The position numbers and the translations under genes are program-made. From Oopsacas minuta (lineage: Eukaryota > Animalia > Porifera), in NCBI GenBank assembly GCA_024704765.1, contig JAKMXF010000365.1:496001-560000 (forward strand): a stretch of 64,000 nucleotides of DNA, in the 5' to 3' direction. Below are positions 40,525 to 52,835 of this stretch, piece after piece; position 1 is the stretch's first letter; each line of letters begins with the position of its first letter. The notes under the pieces are model-generated. The model saw only the letters and a program-made list of their open reading frames with translations, searched no databases and had not been told where the DNA came from.

Positions 40525-43500
40525 CTAGGTGTGTGTTGGTATAATCTCCCATAGACTCCTAATACTGATTCCAGCTGGTAGTCTCTCTACAGCTAATCCC
40601 AGCTCTTCAGAGAACACAGGCTCTCTATGTCCTGAATCACTGAGATATCCTAGATAGGAGCAAGGTGTGTTACTTTGTACAATCTCTGATTCTTCTATAA
40701 GCTGATCGGGTGACGTCACGAAGCTATCTGGTACCTCTGTTCCTTGTGGGGGCTGAGCAAGAGAAGAGGATTCTACCTGTGTAATATAATTTATAACACA
40801 AGTATTAATCAAATAAAACTATTCACACATTTGTAAGTTAATTCCAATTCATATTTTGATATTAATTAGCTATTACCAAATGCACTTTTTGAAATAAGAA
40901 ATAGGCAACAAACTATTCCCATGACTACGACAATCAATCCCAATCAACTTGTCCGTAAATTCCAGAACAGCCGTAAGCGTAAAGCAGAAGATTCTCTAGC
41001 GAATCAATCCAAAAGGAAATCTCCTAACAAGAAAGCTCCAACAACAACACACCAGTTCTCTACCCAATTACCCTCTAATTTCTCATTTGCTCCCATTCAC
41101 ACTACTACACCTCCCCAGACGCTAGCCCCCCTGGATTGGGGAGTGAAGGAGCATGTAAGGGTAACAAGTCGTAACCCAATCACTTGGGCTACTAGCATGT
41201 CATCTAAACAGGTTTCTGCAGGTACTAATTCATTCGTGTCGGGAGATATTTCAACATCTCAAGACATAAAATCTCAGTTTAGAGAGAGTCTCCTCGCCTG
41301 GATTCACCCTGCTCTACCCTACGTAGTTACCAAGCAGAACTCCTCATTACCTGATAACCTCATAGAAGAAATGAAACAGGATTGGCAGACAGCACTCAGT
41401 TCTGCATACCAGCATCTGACAGCTAAACAGTGCAATTACTTCTATCTACTCTCCACAAACCTAGCTATCCTATTCACATCTGCTACAGCTAGCTCTCCTG
41501 CTAATGCATTGATAACTGGAGCTAGTGACAAGCTAGAGACAGCTCTCAAACAAGAGGAAGTACAGCTACAAGAGAAACAACCAACAGCTGATACAACAGC
41601 TGATGAAGAAGCAGGAGACTGGCTAGAAGGATTTGGAATAAGTTCTAAAGATATTTCTTTGTTACCCAAGAAAGGTACTCACATTAATACATCAGTTCTA
41701 AATACTAAAGATATTCATGGATTGGTTAATTTCCTGATTAATTACGACCCGCTATTCTCTAATGGCATTCCTACACTTCTCAGTCCAAATCTTTTCGAGG
41801 GAGCTACTCTACGAGCCGCTAGGTACACCAGCGGTACAAGCGAGGAAGATGGAGAGAAAATGAGGTTTGTTGACATCTCAGGACCTATGCTACCTAGCAA
41901 TATACTACGTCTACACGAACTATTGAAGAAAGAGCATAACGAGTATTCTCTGAAAATGAGGAATCAATCTGTAACGGATAAACTAGTACATGCTATGAGG
42001 TTAGATTGCACTGAGTTGATTGGTGAAGAGATAAGTCTACAAGCACAAATTGTAAAGTCTGTAGTGTATAGACATTCTATGTATCATATGTAATTGTTCA
42101 TGCATAACATACACATACACTGTTAATATTACGGCGTATTCACTTCGTACTTATAGCAATCATTAAATTCTTATACTATTTCATATTTTGATAGCAAAAT
42201 ACACAAATATAATAGCGATTATTCGCAAAATGCTAAACATAAGGAAAGTTGCGAATCCGCCAATATTAATAAGCATATAATAGAATACTAGCAGCATTAA
42301 ATAAGCACTGAGATTGGAGACTGCATCGGATATAGCAGAGGAAAATTCTCTATGTACAGTTAACATTAACCCCATCAGTGAAAAATACACTAGACCCCAG
42401 CCCAATGCAAAAGCAAACGCAAACAGAGCTATATTAAACGTAGGCCATATTGACATGAGATGACATACACTAGATTGCTGTATTAGGCAATGCGAGTGGT
42501 TTTCAATAATGAGATAATAAATAGACATTGACAAGTGTGAGATAGCCTGTAGGCTTGATGCTACGATAATTAACCATTTCATCTTACATCTGTTTAGAAG
42601 GCAAATACACACGATAGCACCAGCTATTAGAAATGTTGGATAGAACAAGGCTGCTACTTTAGCATCCATAGCTTGTTGAGTTTCTAGAATTTTAGTTGAG
42701 AAAGAAATCATCACTATATGCCCACCAAATTCCTTAAAAAATCCCAGCATTAAAATAGTTAAAAAAGGTTTTAAACATTTCCAATCGGTTAAAACTTGAA
42801 AATATTCTCTCAAGCTTATATCCTTACTGACAGTTGATAATTTAATTTTCCGTATTTCTTTTTCCACATTAACGTTTCTACCGTGAAGATGTACGAGTAT
42901 ATTTCTAGCTCTATCATCAAGACCACGAGCAATTAACTGTACAGGAGATGTAGGTAGAAAGGTCAAGAGAATGCAGAACATACAAATTTGTATAATTCCA
43001 ACTACTGCAAGCCAGCGAAATGGAATCCAAATTCCGAACAGAAAAGCCAAAAACATTCCTATTCTAACAACAAATCCAAAAGCTCCGCTTAATACACGAC
43101 GTTGGTTATCCAGAGCAATTTCTGGAATATACGTGAATATAAATACTACGGCTATACCTGTGTAATAGCCCACTAAAGCAACACCTATTATGAGTAAAAC
43201 AGCTGATTCTGCTGTTATAACCAACATCCAACCAGTCCATCCAACCAAACAGTGAATAATTATAAGAGTATTGATACTTATATTGAAATGAACCAGCATA
43301 GGGAGAATTAGTGTAGCAATCATTCGTGTTAAAATTCCAATAGATGCAAATATAGGTAGAGTGTATGAATTAAGTATGTTCTTATCGATCAACTCTTTCT
43401 GGGTGGGAGAGGTAAATCCTATATGAGAGGTTACAGAGATAGCTCCGATATTGCAGGTGAATGCAGCGAAATAAGTATAGAATTCGTTAACTCTCATTTT

Positions 43501-45760
43501 GGGTAATACAGAATCGTAGATGCCATTAGTTAGGCTGTAAAAGATTTATATACACAAACAAAATATGCATATATGGGTCACACACACTAACGACAATGTC
43601 ATGACAAGAGTAAATTGAGATTTCTATTCAGAATTGTATAAGTATATTAATATTTAACACTAACATGTGCAGAGAGACTCGTGAATTGAGTATTAATAGG
43701 AGAACTAGACAATATTTATACTTGATTTCTTAAGGGGATTGAATTGAGTAACTCTAACTGCACCAGAACTAAAGCATCGAATCAGCTGATTGTGTTCATT
43801 CATTCTGATTCCTCTCAAAACGTGTCTAGAAAAAGATCCGCGTAAAATCGTCTTCCTACCTTTGAAAAACATATCTTCTGATATAATGAGGTTAGAATTT
43901 CGTCCAATAAAATCACAGATCACTAATTTATTCCCAAAAGAATTGTGTATCAAAATGTTTAATGACTGATCCAAACAAAACTGAAATTCTACTTGTATAA
44001 AACTCTCATCAGGCTTAAAACGCCGAATTAGTTGTTCAGAACATAGAGAGTAGAGTAATACAGAATTAATATCAGCAAAATCATGTTCTATAACCTCAAC
44101 AGCTAGATAGTCTTTCATTAGCCTCAAATCACCGACTGATCTGTCGTTTGAATGTGTGTAGCCAGGGAAATCTCGTTTGTATTCAAGAGTTGATGAGAAT
44201 ATTTGTATGTTCCCGGTCTTATAACAAGTAGCGTAGATATTATCATTTTTATCACAGTCGTAAAATTGAATTGGTAAGGATAACTGGCTACTTTTATAGT
44301 CAGTCAAATGATAAATATTCGATCCAGCATTTTGCGAAATGAATAAATGATCAGTAAGTGTGATTGCTGCGAAAGTAACCCGAAAAGACACCCCTCGTCT
44401 CCTAACTGCCCTCAGCGTCAATTTAGTAATAAAATAACCATCTACCGTATAGAACCTAACTTCTTCAAATATACATAGTATAGCTATGATTCCGGTAGTA
44501 GGATGAAGAGAGATAGCTACTGGACATATTAGACTACGAAAATCCCAATACAAATCAGGGATCAGTAGAGATGAGGTTCTTATCACTTTAATCAGTGATT
44601 TATCTTTAGAGCAGGAAGATTTCCTTCTAAACATTTGATACAAAATACACTGAAAATATGATCTCCAATTATAAAGGATTATTCGTTACCCCTGTGCCTA
44701 TAATAAAACTTGATACACCATTACTTCTGAAATTACAACAAAACATGTGACAAACATATTTTCACACCTGCTCGCGTGTATTTCAAATTGATCTTAAAGA
44801 AAGGCTCCAACGGGTTGCCAGTAGTAATTTGGGGGAAAAATGAGATAAAGTTATAAATATACATTTAGAGATGTTATTAATTACCTCGACACCAAGGATT
44901 GGATTGAGTGAGAAGATAGTGTGTAGACTCTGCATTTCTTTAAGAACTTCCTTCAACTTGCTTGGGGGATCCATCCTAAATCCTAACAGATAACCTCCAC
45001 TAAGAGGACTGCTCTCAAGTACCAGAGCCTTACCGAACTTGCTATCACGCATACATACGTGCTTTATCTGAATAAATGGTAGTGAAAGGTTGAACATATC
45101 ATTCATAGCAGCATGCCAAATAACTCGAACATTAGTTATAAAGAAAGTACCTAGTGTTCCCTGCTCACTAGACAAGTTCCACACACCATCCACTTTGTTA
45201 TAAACCTACAAACGTAATTATGAATTAAGAAATATAGGATAGGTCTTTATATCTATAGCATAAATACATACTTCTTCCTTGGGTAACATCCGTAGTTGCC
45301 CGTTATCTATGATAGAACCTTTAAGTTTAATATCTCTATATAGTTTGCTTGTCTCATAAGCACGAATTATATTCTTAATCAATCCGTGTAACCAGGGTGT
45401 GTCTCTGACTAGATTAGTGAATATGAACTCGTATTTAGTCTTGCTATATCTAGTAAGTATTTTTAAACTCTCTGTATTGCCTCTTAGTCTTGATTCTGTG
45501 TTTATCATAGAAGTATTTATGAAGTTTAGATACCCAATAGATAAGTTAACTTTAGAGGTAAGCTCATGTATCCATACTAGTCTTAGATTGGTAATAACTA
45601 GCTTGCCCTTGTCACCGTTGTTTCCTTTCGTGTCTTCAACATCCGTAATCTGTTCTATCATTACCTCACCGGGTCGTAGCTTAAGAGCTGTCATTGGAAC
45701 GTCAAACTTTACAGAACGATCCTCCCATAATGATTCAGGAATTACCTCTTTAATTGACAT
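40525..45760 (-). CDS. BBS5: Bardet-Biedl syndrome 5; 3 exons (45760-~45267, ~45205-44885, 40776-40525) with a 4.1-kb last intron containing three genes
   Basis: [47 protein letters not shown] and [11 protein letters not shown]. The conserved C-terminus [16 protein letters not shown]...SLWEI is 4.1 kb away, joined in phase 0 (GAG|GTAATT ... ACAG|GTA). Confidence 0.92.
40921..42093 (+). CDS. DONSON: DONSON replication initiation/fork factor; intronless, nested antisense in the BBS5 intron
   Basis: [43 protein letters not shown]...[18 protein letters not shown] and ISGPMLP match conserved DONSON blocks. Confidence 0.85.
   Translation: MTTTINPNQLVRKFQNSRKRKAEDSLANQSKRKSPNKKAPTTTHQFSTQLPSNFSFAPIHTTTPPQTLAPLDWGVKEHVRVTSRNPITWATSMSSKQVSAGTNSFVSGDISTSQDIKSQFRESLLAWIHPALPYVVTKQNSSLPDNLIEEMKQDWQTALSSAYQHLTAKQCNYFYLLSTNLAILFTSATASSPANALITGASDKLETALKQEEVQLQEKQPTADTTADEEAGDWLEGFGISSKDISLLPKKGTHINTSVLNTKDIHGLVNFLINYDPLFSNGIPTLLSPNLFEGATLRAARYTSGTSEEDGEKMRFVDISGPMLPSNILRLHELLKKEHNEYSLKMRNQSVTDKLVHAMRLDCTELIGEEISLQAQIVKSVVYRHSMYHM
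42181..43497 (-). CDS. Divergent MFS sugar-porter (SLC2A6/8, Tret1-like); intronless, nested in the BBS5 intron on the same strand
   Basis: About 12 hydrophobic segments. GFTSPT in loop 1, [16 protein letters not shown] (sugar-porter signature region), LPTSP and ALGWGLV. Confidence 0.8.
   Translation of the reverse strand: MRVNEFYTYFAAFTCNIGAISVTSHIGFTSPTQKELIDKNILNSYTLPIFASIGILTRMIATLILPMLVHFNISINTLIIIHCLVGWTGWMLVITAESAVLLIIGVALVGYYTGIAVVFIFTYIPEIALDNQRRVLSGAFGFVVRIGMFLAFLFGIWIPFRWLAVVGIIQICMFCILLTFLPTSPVQLIARGLDDRARNILVHLHGRNVNVEKEIRKIKLSTVSKDISLREYFQVLTDWKCLKPFLTILMLGFFKEFGGHIVMISFSTKILETQQAMDAKVAALFYPTFLIAGAIVCICLLNRCKMKWLIIVASSLQAISHLSMSIYYLIIENHSHCLIQQSSVCHLMSIWPTFNIALFAFAFALGWGLVYFSLMGLMLTVHREFSSAISDAVSNLSAYLMLLVFYYMLINIGGFATFLMFSILRIIAIIFVYFAIKI
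43705..44634 (-). CDS. Divergent NHL-like beta-propeller protein; intronless, nested in the BBS5 intron
   Basis: 312-aa ORF with repeated beta-strand blocks: PVAISLHP...[22 protein letters not shown]...[21 protein letters not shown]...KLVICDFIG. Confidence 0.55.
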   Translation of the reverse strand: MFRRKSSCSKDKSLIKVIRTSSLLIPDLYWDFRSLICPVAISLHPTTGIIAILCIFEEVRFYTVDGYFITKLTLRAVRRRGVSFRVTFAAITLTDHLFISQNAGSNIYHLTDYKSSQLSLPIQFYDCDKNDNIYATCYKTGNIQIFSSTLEYKRDFPGYTHSNDRSVGDLRLMKDYLAVEVIEHDFADINSVLLYSLCSEQLIRRFKPDESFIQVEFQFCLDQSLNILIHNSFGNKLVICDFIGRNSNLIISEDMFFKGRKTILRGSFSRHVLRGIRMNEHNQLIRCFSSGAVRVTQFNPLKKSSINIV

Positions 45761-46128
45761 AAATATGAGTATCTAAAATTATTCTCCATTTAATGGTCAT
45801 TTCATATACATTCTCGGGTAAGTTTTAGCAAAATTGTTCCTCATACGACTTTGTTTTGTTCACCGGAAACGGCCAGTATATAGTACAATATTATGAAAAC
45901 AAAACACGATTTATATTAGCCATATGTCAGTTCAAAAGAGAAATGGAACACGTGTAACATCATAAAATCTTCAATACACTGCAAATGATATAGAAAACAA
46001 AAGTAATAATTTATTCTTTCGAAACTTCTCAATTGAGAAAGAACAGACATATTATTTACATCAAGTGATAAAAGTTGTATATTATTGTGACGTAACTGGA
46101 TACAAATGTAAGTAAATGTATTCAGTCT

Positions 46129-49100
46129 TTATTGGTGTAACTGCATGTTAGCAAAATAAGGAGCAAGACAAGTGAGAGCAAACTTCTCTACAAATTGTTC
46201 AGAGTCCAGAACAGCTATATGAGCACTACGTCCGATAAAGTTACCAGGAGATGGTGGTATATTATAGTGTACTTTGTACCTAATCAGCTGGAGATCCTTA
46301 TGCTTTAGTACAGCTAAGAAGTTTTCTAACATCTCACGATATAGAGGAACTAATGAACACAAGAAATAATTGTATCATTCGTAAGTAAAAGCAATATTCA
46401 ATATCTATCAAATTTCGACAGCTAAGTACCTTGTTCGTAGTTAGGACACGGATGGAGAAGAGAGGAGAAGTAAGGAGTATATTTGTCTTGGGGAGAACCG
46501 ACAAGAATTACAGATTTGAAATGTTGGATTCCTAATTAACAAATTCAATATATAACAACTCAACATACAAACAAATGAATAGATGATTCACACCTCTTGA
46601 AGAACTGAGTTTATAAATAAAACTCTCTCTAGGATTTTCTTCATCTTTCAGCTGCATTTGTAATATACTCGTAGATTTGTGCCATTTCTGCAATATCCAC
46701 ATACCTGGTAAAATACAATAATAGCATATCATAGAACATAGACATAAATGCACTGAGAGAGTCTATAGTATTCTAACCAGCTTGTACAAATCCAGATGTA
46801 TAGACGAGAGAACCAAGATGAGGTCCACACAGAGACACGAATACAGATAGCTTATCCAGAAAGGGTTCAAATTCTACTTTGTCTAGCAAACGTCGTATTG
46901 TCAGGTTACCCATTGAATGTCCAATAAAACTACAAATAAGATCAAGATATAATAAAGAGCTAATTAATAGAATGCATTACACTATACCTTATGTATTTAG
47001 GAGGATTAGGACCAGATATATGTAAGTATTCGTATATCTCAATGAGCAGGTTATCTGCCATATCTTCAATACTAGAGTATGTCTTACCCTGACAACAAAA
47101 TGAATAGTTAAACATATTAATTAACATACAGATAGAATAAGTAAATGGTTTTACCTGATTAGATAATGACATTAAGAATTCTAAGTTCTCTTTAGGTAGA
47201 GCTAATGTCAGGTAAGTTTTGAAGAGGCGAATATCATGGAAGTTACCTAATGAGAATATATTGTAAGAATTGTATTGTATAAAGACAGTATAAGAGCAAT
47301 ACTTACCATCTAATCCATGAACACATACAACAAGATGATAGTCTTTGCTATATTCGTAGAATAGTGGAGGAGGTAAGTAAGGACTAGTAACATCTCTGAA
47401 ACGAGGATAACTAAAGAGTATCAGAGTAATCCATGGTGATAAGTACCAATTTAAAGGGAGAATACAAACTTGTTTGGTATAGTAGTCAGTTGCCCGTGTC
47501 TGAAGCTGTTGTATGAAGCAGTCTGATAATGACCTGACTCACTCTGTGATAGCTCTATAGACCGAGAGCACTGTAGAGGAGGGAGAGGAGATGAACACAT
47601 TATATCACTATGAAGCTGAATACTCCTCTCTAGCGCCGAAGTATTGAAGTCATCTTCTATAGGTGATAATACCTAGAATACACAGATTAAAATATGAATA
47701 TCATTAACCTATGAAATAACTCACTTTAGAAATATCTATTTCATTTTTTCCCTTACTGTCCTCTACAAAATTAGGATTACCTACATTGAATCCTGCACCA
47801 GCTATAGACTGTGACTGAGCATCTAATTCTAGAGTAACCACAAGCTGAGATACAGATGTAACCTCTTTCATTTCTCCCTCTCCATCAGTTGACAGCTGAG
47901 ACATATTATGACTGTTGTCAGATACAGCCATAACTTCATCTAGATCAGTACAGTTCTGGCTACTGCGAGAAGATTCCTCTAGCAAAGGATGAGTTGTTTT
48001 AAGCTTCACCCCAGGATCAGACGTAGCATCAATACCAGAGTGTATCTTAGAAATAGGTGTGGGGGAATAGCATAATTTCATATTAGGATGAGATCTACGT
48101 TTTGTGTTACCACGAGCTCCCTGAAGATAGTTACGAGAAATTAATTCTGTAGCTGAGACAGAGGAGATGGGGGTTGAGTTAGGGGACCGGTGAGGACTGT
48201 CGATTTGGGAAGGAGTAGGATAGAAAAATTCCTCTTGAGAAAAACATTTGCTGTTTCTTAAACGAGGTATTTTCCTCTTTTTATCCTTCTTCACTCTCCT
48301 TTTGAATGGCAGACAATTACAGAATATTCGATCATCTATATCTTCATTCTTATTAGAAGATTTGTGTGTTGGAGTAAATGTATTGTGTGATAGGATTGGA
48401 CGGAGAGGTACATGAGTTATGACGTTACTTGTTGGACTACTAACTCTAATTACTTTTTCAGATAATCCGTTGGTAGCGATTTGAGGTGTGTTTTGAACTG
48501 GAGATAGGGAACGGGATTTTTGTCTATGTTTGTTGTTGATGAAATTGTCAGGTTTATGTTTTGTTTGTGAGTTGAACTCTGAACTTTGAAAAGAATCGAT
48601 GTAGCCATTAATTCGATGAAGTTGATTTTGGGATACATCTTCTAAATTATAATATAAAAATTAATCAAACTGTCTTCAAAACTTCAAAAATGTATAAATC
48701 GTATTTGTATTTAGAAAACATAATTTGAAAACAACAAAATTATGCCCGATTCTCGAGAAATTCTGTAGGAATTTTTACACAGGAATTAAGTAAAGCTAAA
48801 GAATTCCCCCAAATAGTTGACGTAATAATCAAAACATAAAAATTACAATTTAATACCCAGAATTTGTTAGATAACTTAAATACATGTAATAGTGATCTAG
48901 TTATTAGCTGCCATATCAAGTTATCTATGTATTACTGTGGTGTCTGACGAATTCCTTCTAGAAAAGAAGCATAAACGTAGTATTGAACTGATTCAATATA
49001 CCACTGTGGACTGTGAAGTACAACAAATCAGTTTTGATATATTCTAAACAACCATAACGAGATATTACATAACAAAATATGCAGTGAAAAATAGCAGCCA

Positions 49101-52100
49101 CATTTCGCAGTACCCATAAAAATGTCCAAAGTGCGAAAGGTGAGGTTAGTCAAAGGGCCGTGGATATACAAATATGGATTCCTAGAAGATATACTTTCAA
49201 AGGTTCGAAATTGGGGCAGGGGTCTGAAAATTACCCGTCAGGCCTGGGACAGATACACAATGGTGGACCCTACTTACCCACTAAGATATTGTGAAGTAAG
49301 CAATTTCAAGCGTAATAGACTGAAACCTCTGGTACCTACATACTACTTGTCATTCTACAAGGGAGAGAAGCAATTGCTACCTGCTTTAGAGACAGAATTT
49401 CGTAAGGGAGATTGGAGGATACTTAGAGAAGATGATTTAGTATTAGCAATGAATAAAGAGTGTATACGGCAGTGGGAAGAGAGGAAAGCAGAAGAAAAAC
49501 CAGAACCAACGCCAAACGAATCTTAGCTTATTTATAATAGATTCCTATATGGTATAAATTGAAATGCTAAATAATTCGTTATCATTTCTAATAGAAATAT
49601 ACCTTTAGTAGGAGTGTATATAATCTCTTCTATAAATATTCTATCCTGCATGGCACCCATTGTCTCAACACAATACACCCGTGGCCTCGTGTGCAGATAG
49701 TAATTTTGTTGTTGAGTATTTCTAAGAGAATATCATGAATATGAAAACTATAATAATCAAACTTTGAAATTTGGCAAAGAACATTACTTATGGGTAACTA
49801 CCTTATCTGACTTTCATCGTCCAAATATACATTTTCACTACAAAATGTACTGTCTGTTGTAGAAGATCTTACCGACTGACGTAAATATTGTACCTGTGTT
49901 AACAAGTGGTTTAATAAATTACATATTTATACACAGAAATACTAGTTAATACCTTTTCTGTATGACATACGATAGCTAGATGTTTGATAATAGATTCGTT
50001 CCCATAAATATTTGAGACATAATTCTTCCACAACTTGTTAAGCTACACAAGAAAATGCAAGCTTTACAGACATGTATCTTCATTGAAATTTGTTCAAAGT
50101 TCAAACTCACTGTAGTAGACAGTTCAGAGAGTATCTCACAAATGTTGCGTGCGAGAGAAGCTTGCTGAATTGGACTCTAGAGATAATACAATTTAGAAGT
50201 TGGCATATACAAGTTATTTGTAGCTGATCATATCCAGCAATCTTGCAATGATAGTGTAGTATCTTACCTGTAAAACTACAGCTAAATCGTCACCTAAAAC
50301 CAAGTTCTCTATAAGAAATAATAGTGATGAAATGTAATGACAAGTAAATCTGAGGTTAATTGAGGTACACACCTGGCATATCTGGCAACTGAATATTAGT
50401 AAATGAGGAATATGATATTAAAGTGTTACGGATATCAGCATAGCTCCGTTGTAGCAATTCTTCAAGGATCCTATTGAACAAATAAGATATATTAATATCA
50501 TATACATCATGAGGTTATGATTTACTGGTCGATTCTCTAATAAGTTCATGGTGAGGTTGAAATATATAGTCACAATACTAAAAATACACTCACCGAAAAA
50601 CTTGACGAGCATGTCCCTGCCCACTTACGACCTATAAGAATTGCAAAGTAAAGCAGTCTACATATCTATATAAACATCAAAGCAATGAATACAACTTACA
50701 GATACATTAACATTGCCATAAAGCCTGTTACTACTGAGTGTTGTGTCGAAGAGTAAAGAGTTAAAAGAGGGTATAGGTTGAGTACCATACTTTGATGTGG
50801 GAGGAGAAGTAGAGCTGATAAAGGATAATTAGGATTATTAACCAGAATATATTGAATGAAGCAAATCGTGCAAAGTATACTAATACCACAACATTAATTT
50901 CAAACTACAAATCGAATTTTCTATCATTTGGGTAAATAGATATGCAACCAAATACTTCACCAATACTACGAAAATACTCCTACTGTTGTATCCATAGCTA
51001 TCTTGTTTCTATTGTAAAAATCAATTTAGTTATTATTACGTTTTGAAATAATGTAGTTGCTCAGCTAAAATGTAGCTGCTTAGCTACATAAAACTAGAAA
51101 AATCATCAACCATAGACTATACAACAATGCGTAATATCAGTAGGATATTACCTCTCAGTTCAGACAAGTAAATGAAGTAATAGTAATTTTATCTATGATT
51201 AATGTAACTCATAATAATGAGCTCCTTTTAAGGAATTTGTAATTCAAATATTAAACACATAAATAATTTGATATTTGTTAAATCTAGTTACCTAACATCA
51301 GAATTCATGCCAGTAAGACTACTGTGTATCTGTAATCCTACAGCTCCTATCTGTATTGGTCCTGATGTTATTGTTAGGAAATGATTATTGTTATGTCTTG
51401 GCGCGAGGGTAATAGCAATCTGTCTTTGGTTCAAAACAGTGAATGATCGATCTCCTTTCGGTCTAACAGTAAGGGAAAATACATGCTAATTAGTGTGCTT
51501 CAAATAGCCAATGCTATTCTCAGCATCAAATGACTTAATTACATTTACATAAGTAAACTAATTTACTCAATATGAAAACTAGCAGTTCATGGCTTTACAA
51601 TTGTTCTCAAGAAAGAACTGAAGCCTTCACGGTAAGAATGGGTGAAAATAGATTCATAAATCTAGGAATGTTGAGTATACAAATTAATACTAATGATCGA
51701 CTGAGAAACTTCTGGTAAAATTAGTAGAGGCGAATGACAAAGAGCCTTAGAAGGCATTTAATTAAGTTTGAAAATTGAGAATAATTAATACAACGAAACT
51801 TCCACAAGCGGGGTGCCAGGGTCGCCGAAAAATGCTACCCCATTTCCCGTGTGTGGATATTTCAATGTACTCACAAATTATCTCCAGGAGAACATATTAA
51901 TTCTGTATTAAGAAATATCTGAACACTGTGATCTGTTGAAGTTAACTAATTGAGAAATGAATAAGTTGAGACAATTTGAAATTTTAATCCAATCTATTTA
52001 ACATACGAGTGAAGTGGAGACTGGTACGGACAGAGAAAAGACACAACTCCCGATACTAGGAAAGGAATCTCTTCCACAGCTGATGTATACACATTTAGAA

Positions 52101-52416
52101 TAGTAGACACCCTTCTCAACTTGACCTCCTGCAAATTGAAAAGAATAATAATTGAATTCTTACAATATTTGCTGTGTACAAGAATTGTAATATAGTAATT
52201 CACCTTCTCCGTAATGGGTAACACGATCAAGGTTGGCAGGACCTGTTTCATCCAAATATAATGAAATTCGATAATGTCTATATAAGAGATTAATTGTAAA
52301 TTAGTTCATTTAATAATGTACAGGGCACTGAATAAAATCACTTACCCTCTCTGAGTGAGAGCTGCATTGTAAAATCTAGAGATACTCACAAATATTTTGT
52401 ACTCAAAAGTCAGCAT
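46129..52416 (-). CDS. FAM135: FAM135 family protein (N-terminal conserved domain, low-complexity middle, DUF676 lipase-like C-terminus); many small exons
   Basis: First exons give MLTFEYKIFVSISRFYNAALTQRG|HYRISL. Later exons give HLVVCVHGLDG|NFHDIRL, SFIGHSMG, GPHLG and IGRSAHIAVLDSEQFVEKF. Internal exons were only partly traced. Confidence 0.88.
49122..49526 (+). CDS. MRPS34: Mitochondrial ribosomal protein S34 (mS34)-like; intronless, nested antisense in a FAM135 intron
   Basis: LEDILSKVRNWGRGLKITRQAW and FYKGE...DWRIL correspond to the mS34 blocks LxxLLxxLxxxGxGxxVTRxxW and TFKG...DWRLV. Confidence 0.7.
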   Translation: MSKVRKVRLVKGPWIYKYGFLEDILSKVRNWGRGLKITRQAWDRYTMVDPTYPLRYCEVSNFKRNRLKPLVPTYYLSFYKGEKQLLPALETEFRKGDWRILREDDLVLAMNKECIRQWEERKAEEKPEPTPNES

Positions 52417-52835
52417 AAATATACTGTAACTACAATATACGATATAGAGAATAATGATAGGAAATCAGGTTTTAAATATAAGAACACTCATATTTATATA
52501 TTTTACATTACTGTAAACAACTGTGTAAAAATACAATGGATCTAGACTGGTGTGCTGGGAGATATATGCAGATTATGATGATTCAGAATACATTAATATT
52601 TGCTATAGAATCTCATAGATCAGGGAATGAATATCAACAAATAGATCCGAAAACCGTTAGCATAACTTTAGAGATTTTCCTTAACCTTAATAAAACTACA
52701 TACTATAATTCTTGTTCACTTTCTGGATATAGATACAGTGAAGTTGTTCATTGCAAGCAATAAATTGATAAATTGAATTACCGAAATAAATAATCTGTTC
52801 CTTAGAGTCAGGCTTCTTAATCTGCATTTGTCATT

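Noticed and set aside
44783-44884. In-frame extension of BBS5 exon 2 to a stop at 44783 as the true BBS5 end
   Set aside because: It lacks the conserved BBS5 C-terminus, which is present at 40776-40525 with matching splice phase.
52536-52763. 75-aa ATG ORF between FAM135 and PIAS
   Set aside because: No recognisable motif and low-complexity AT-rich composition. Cannot be supported.
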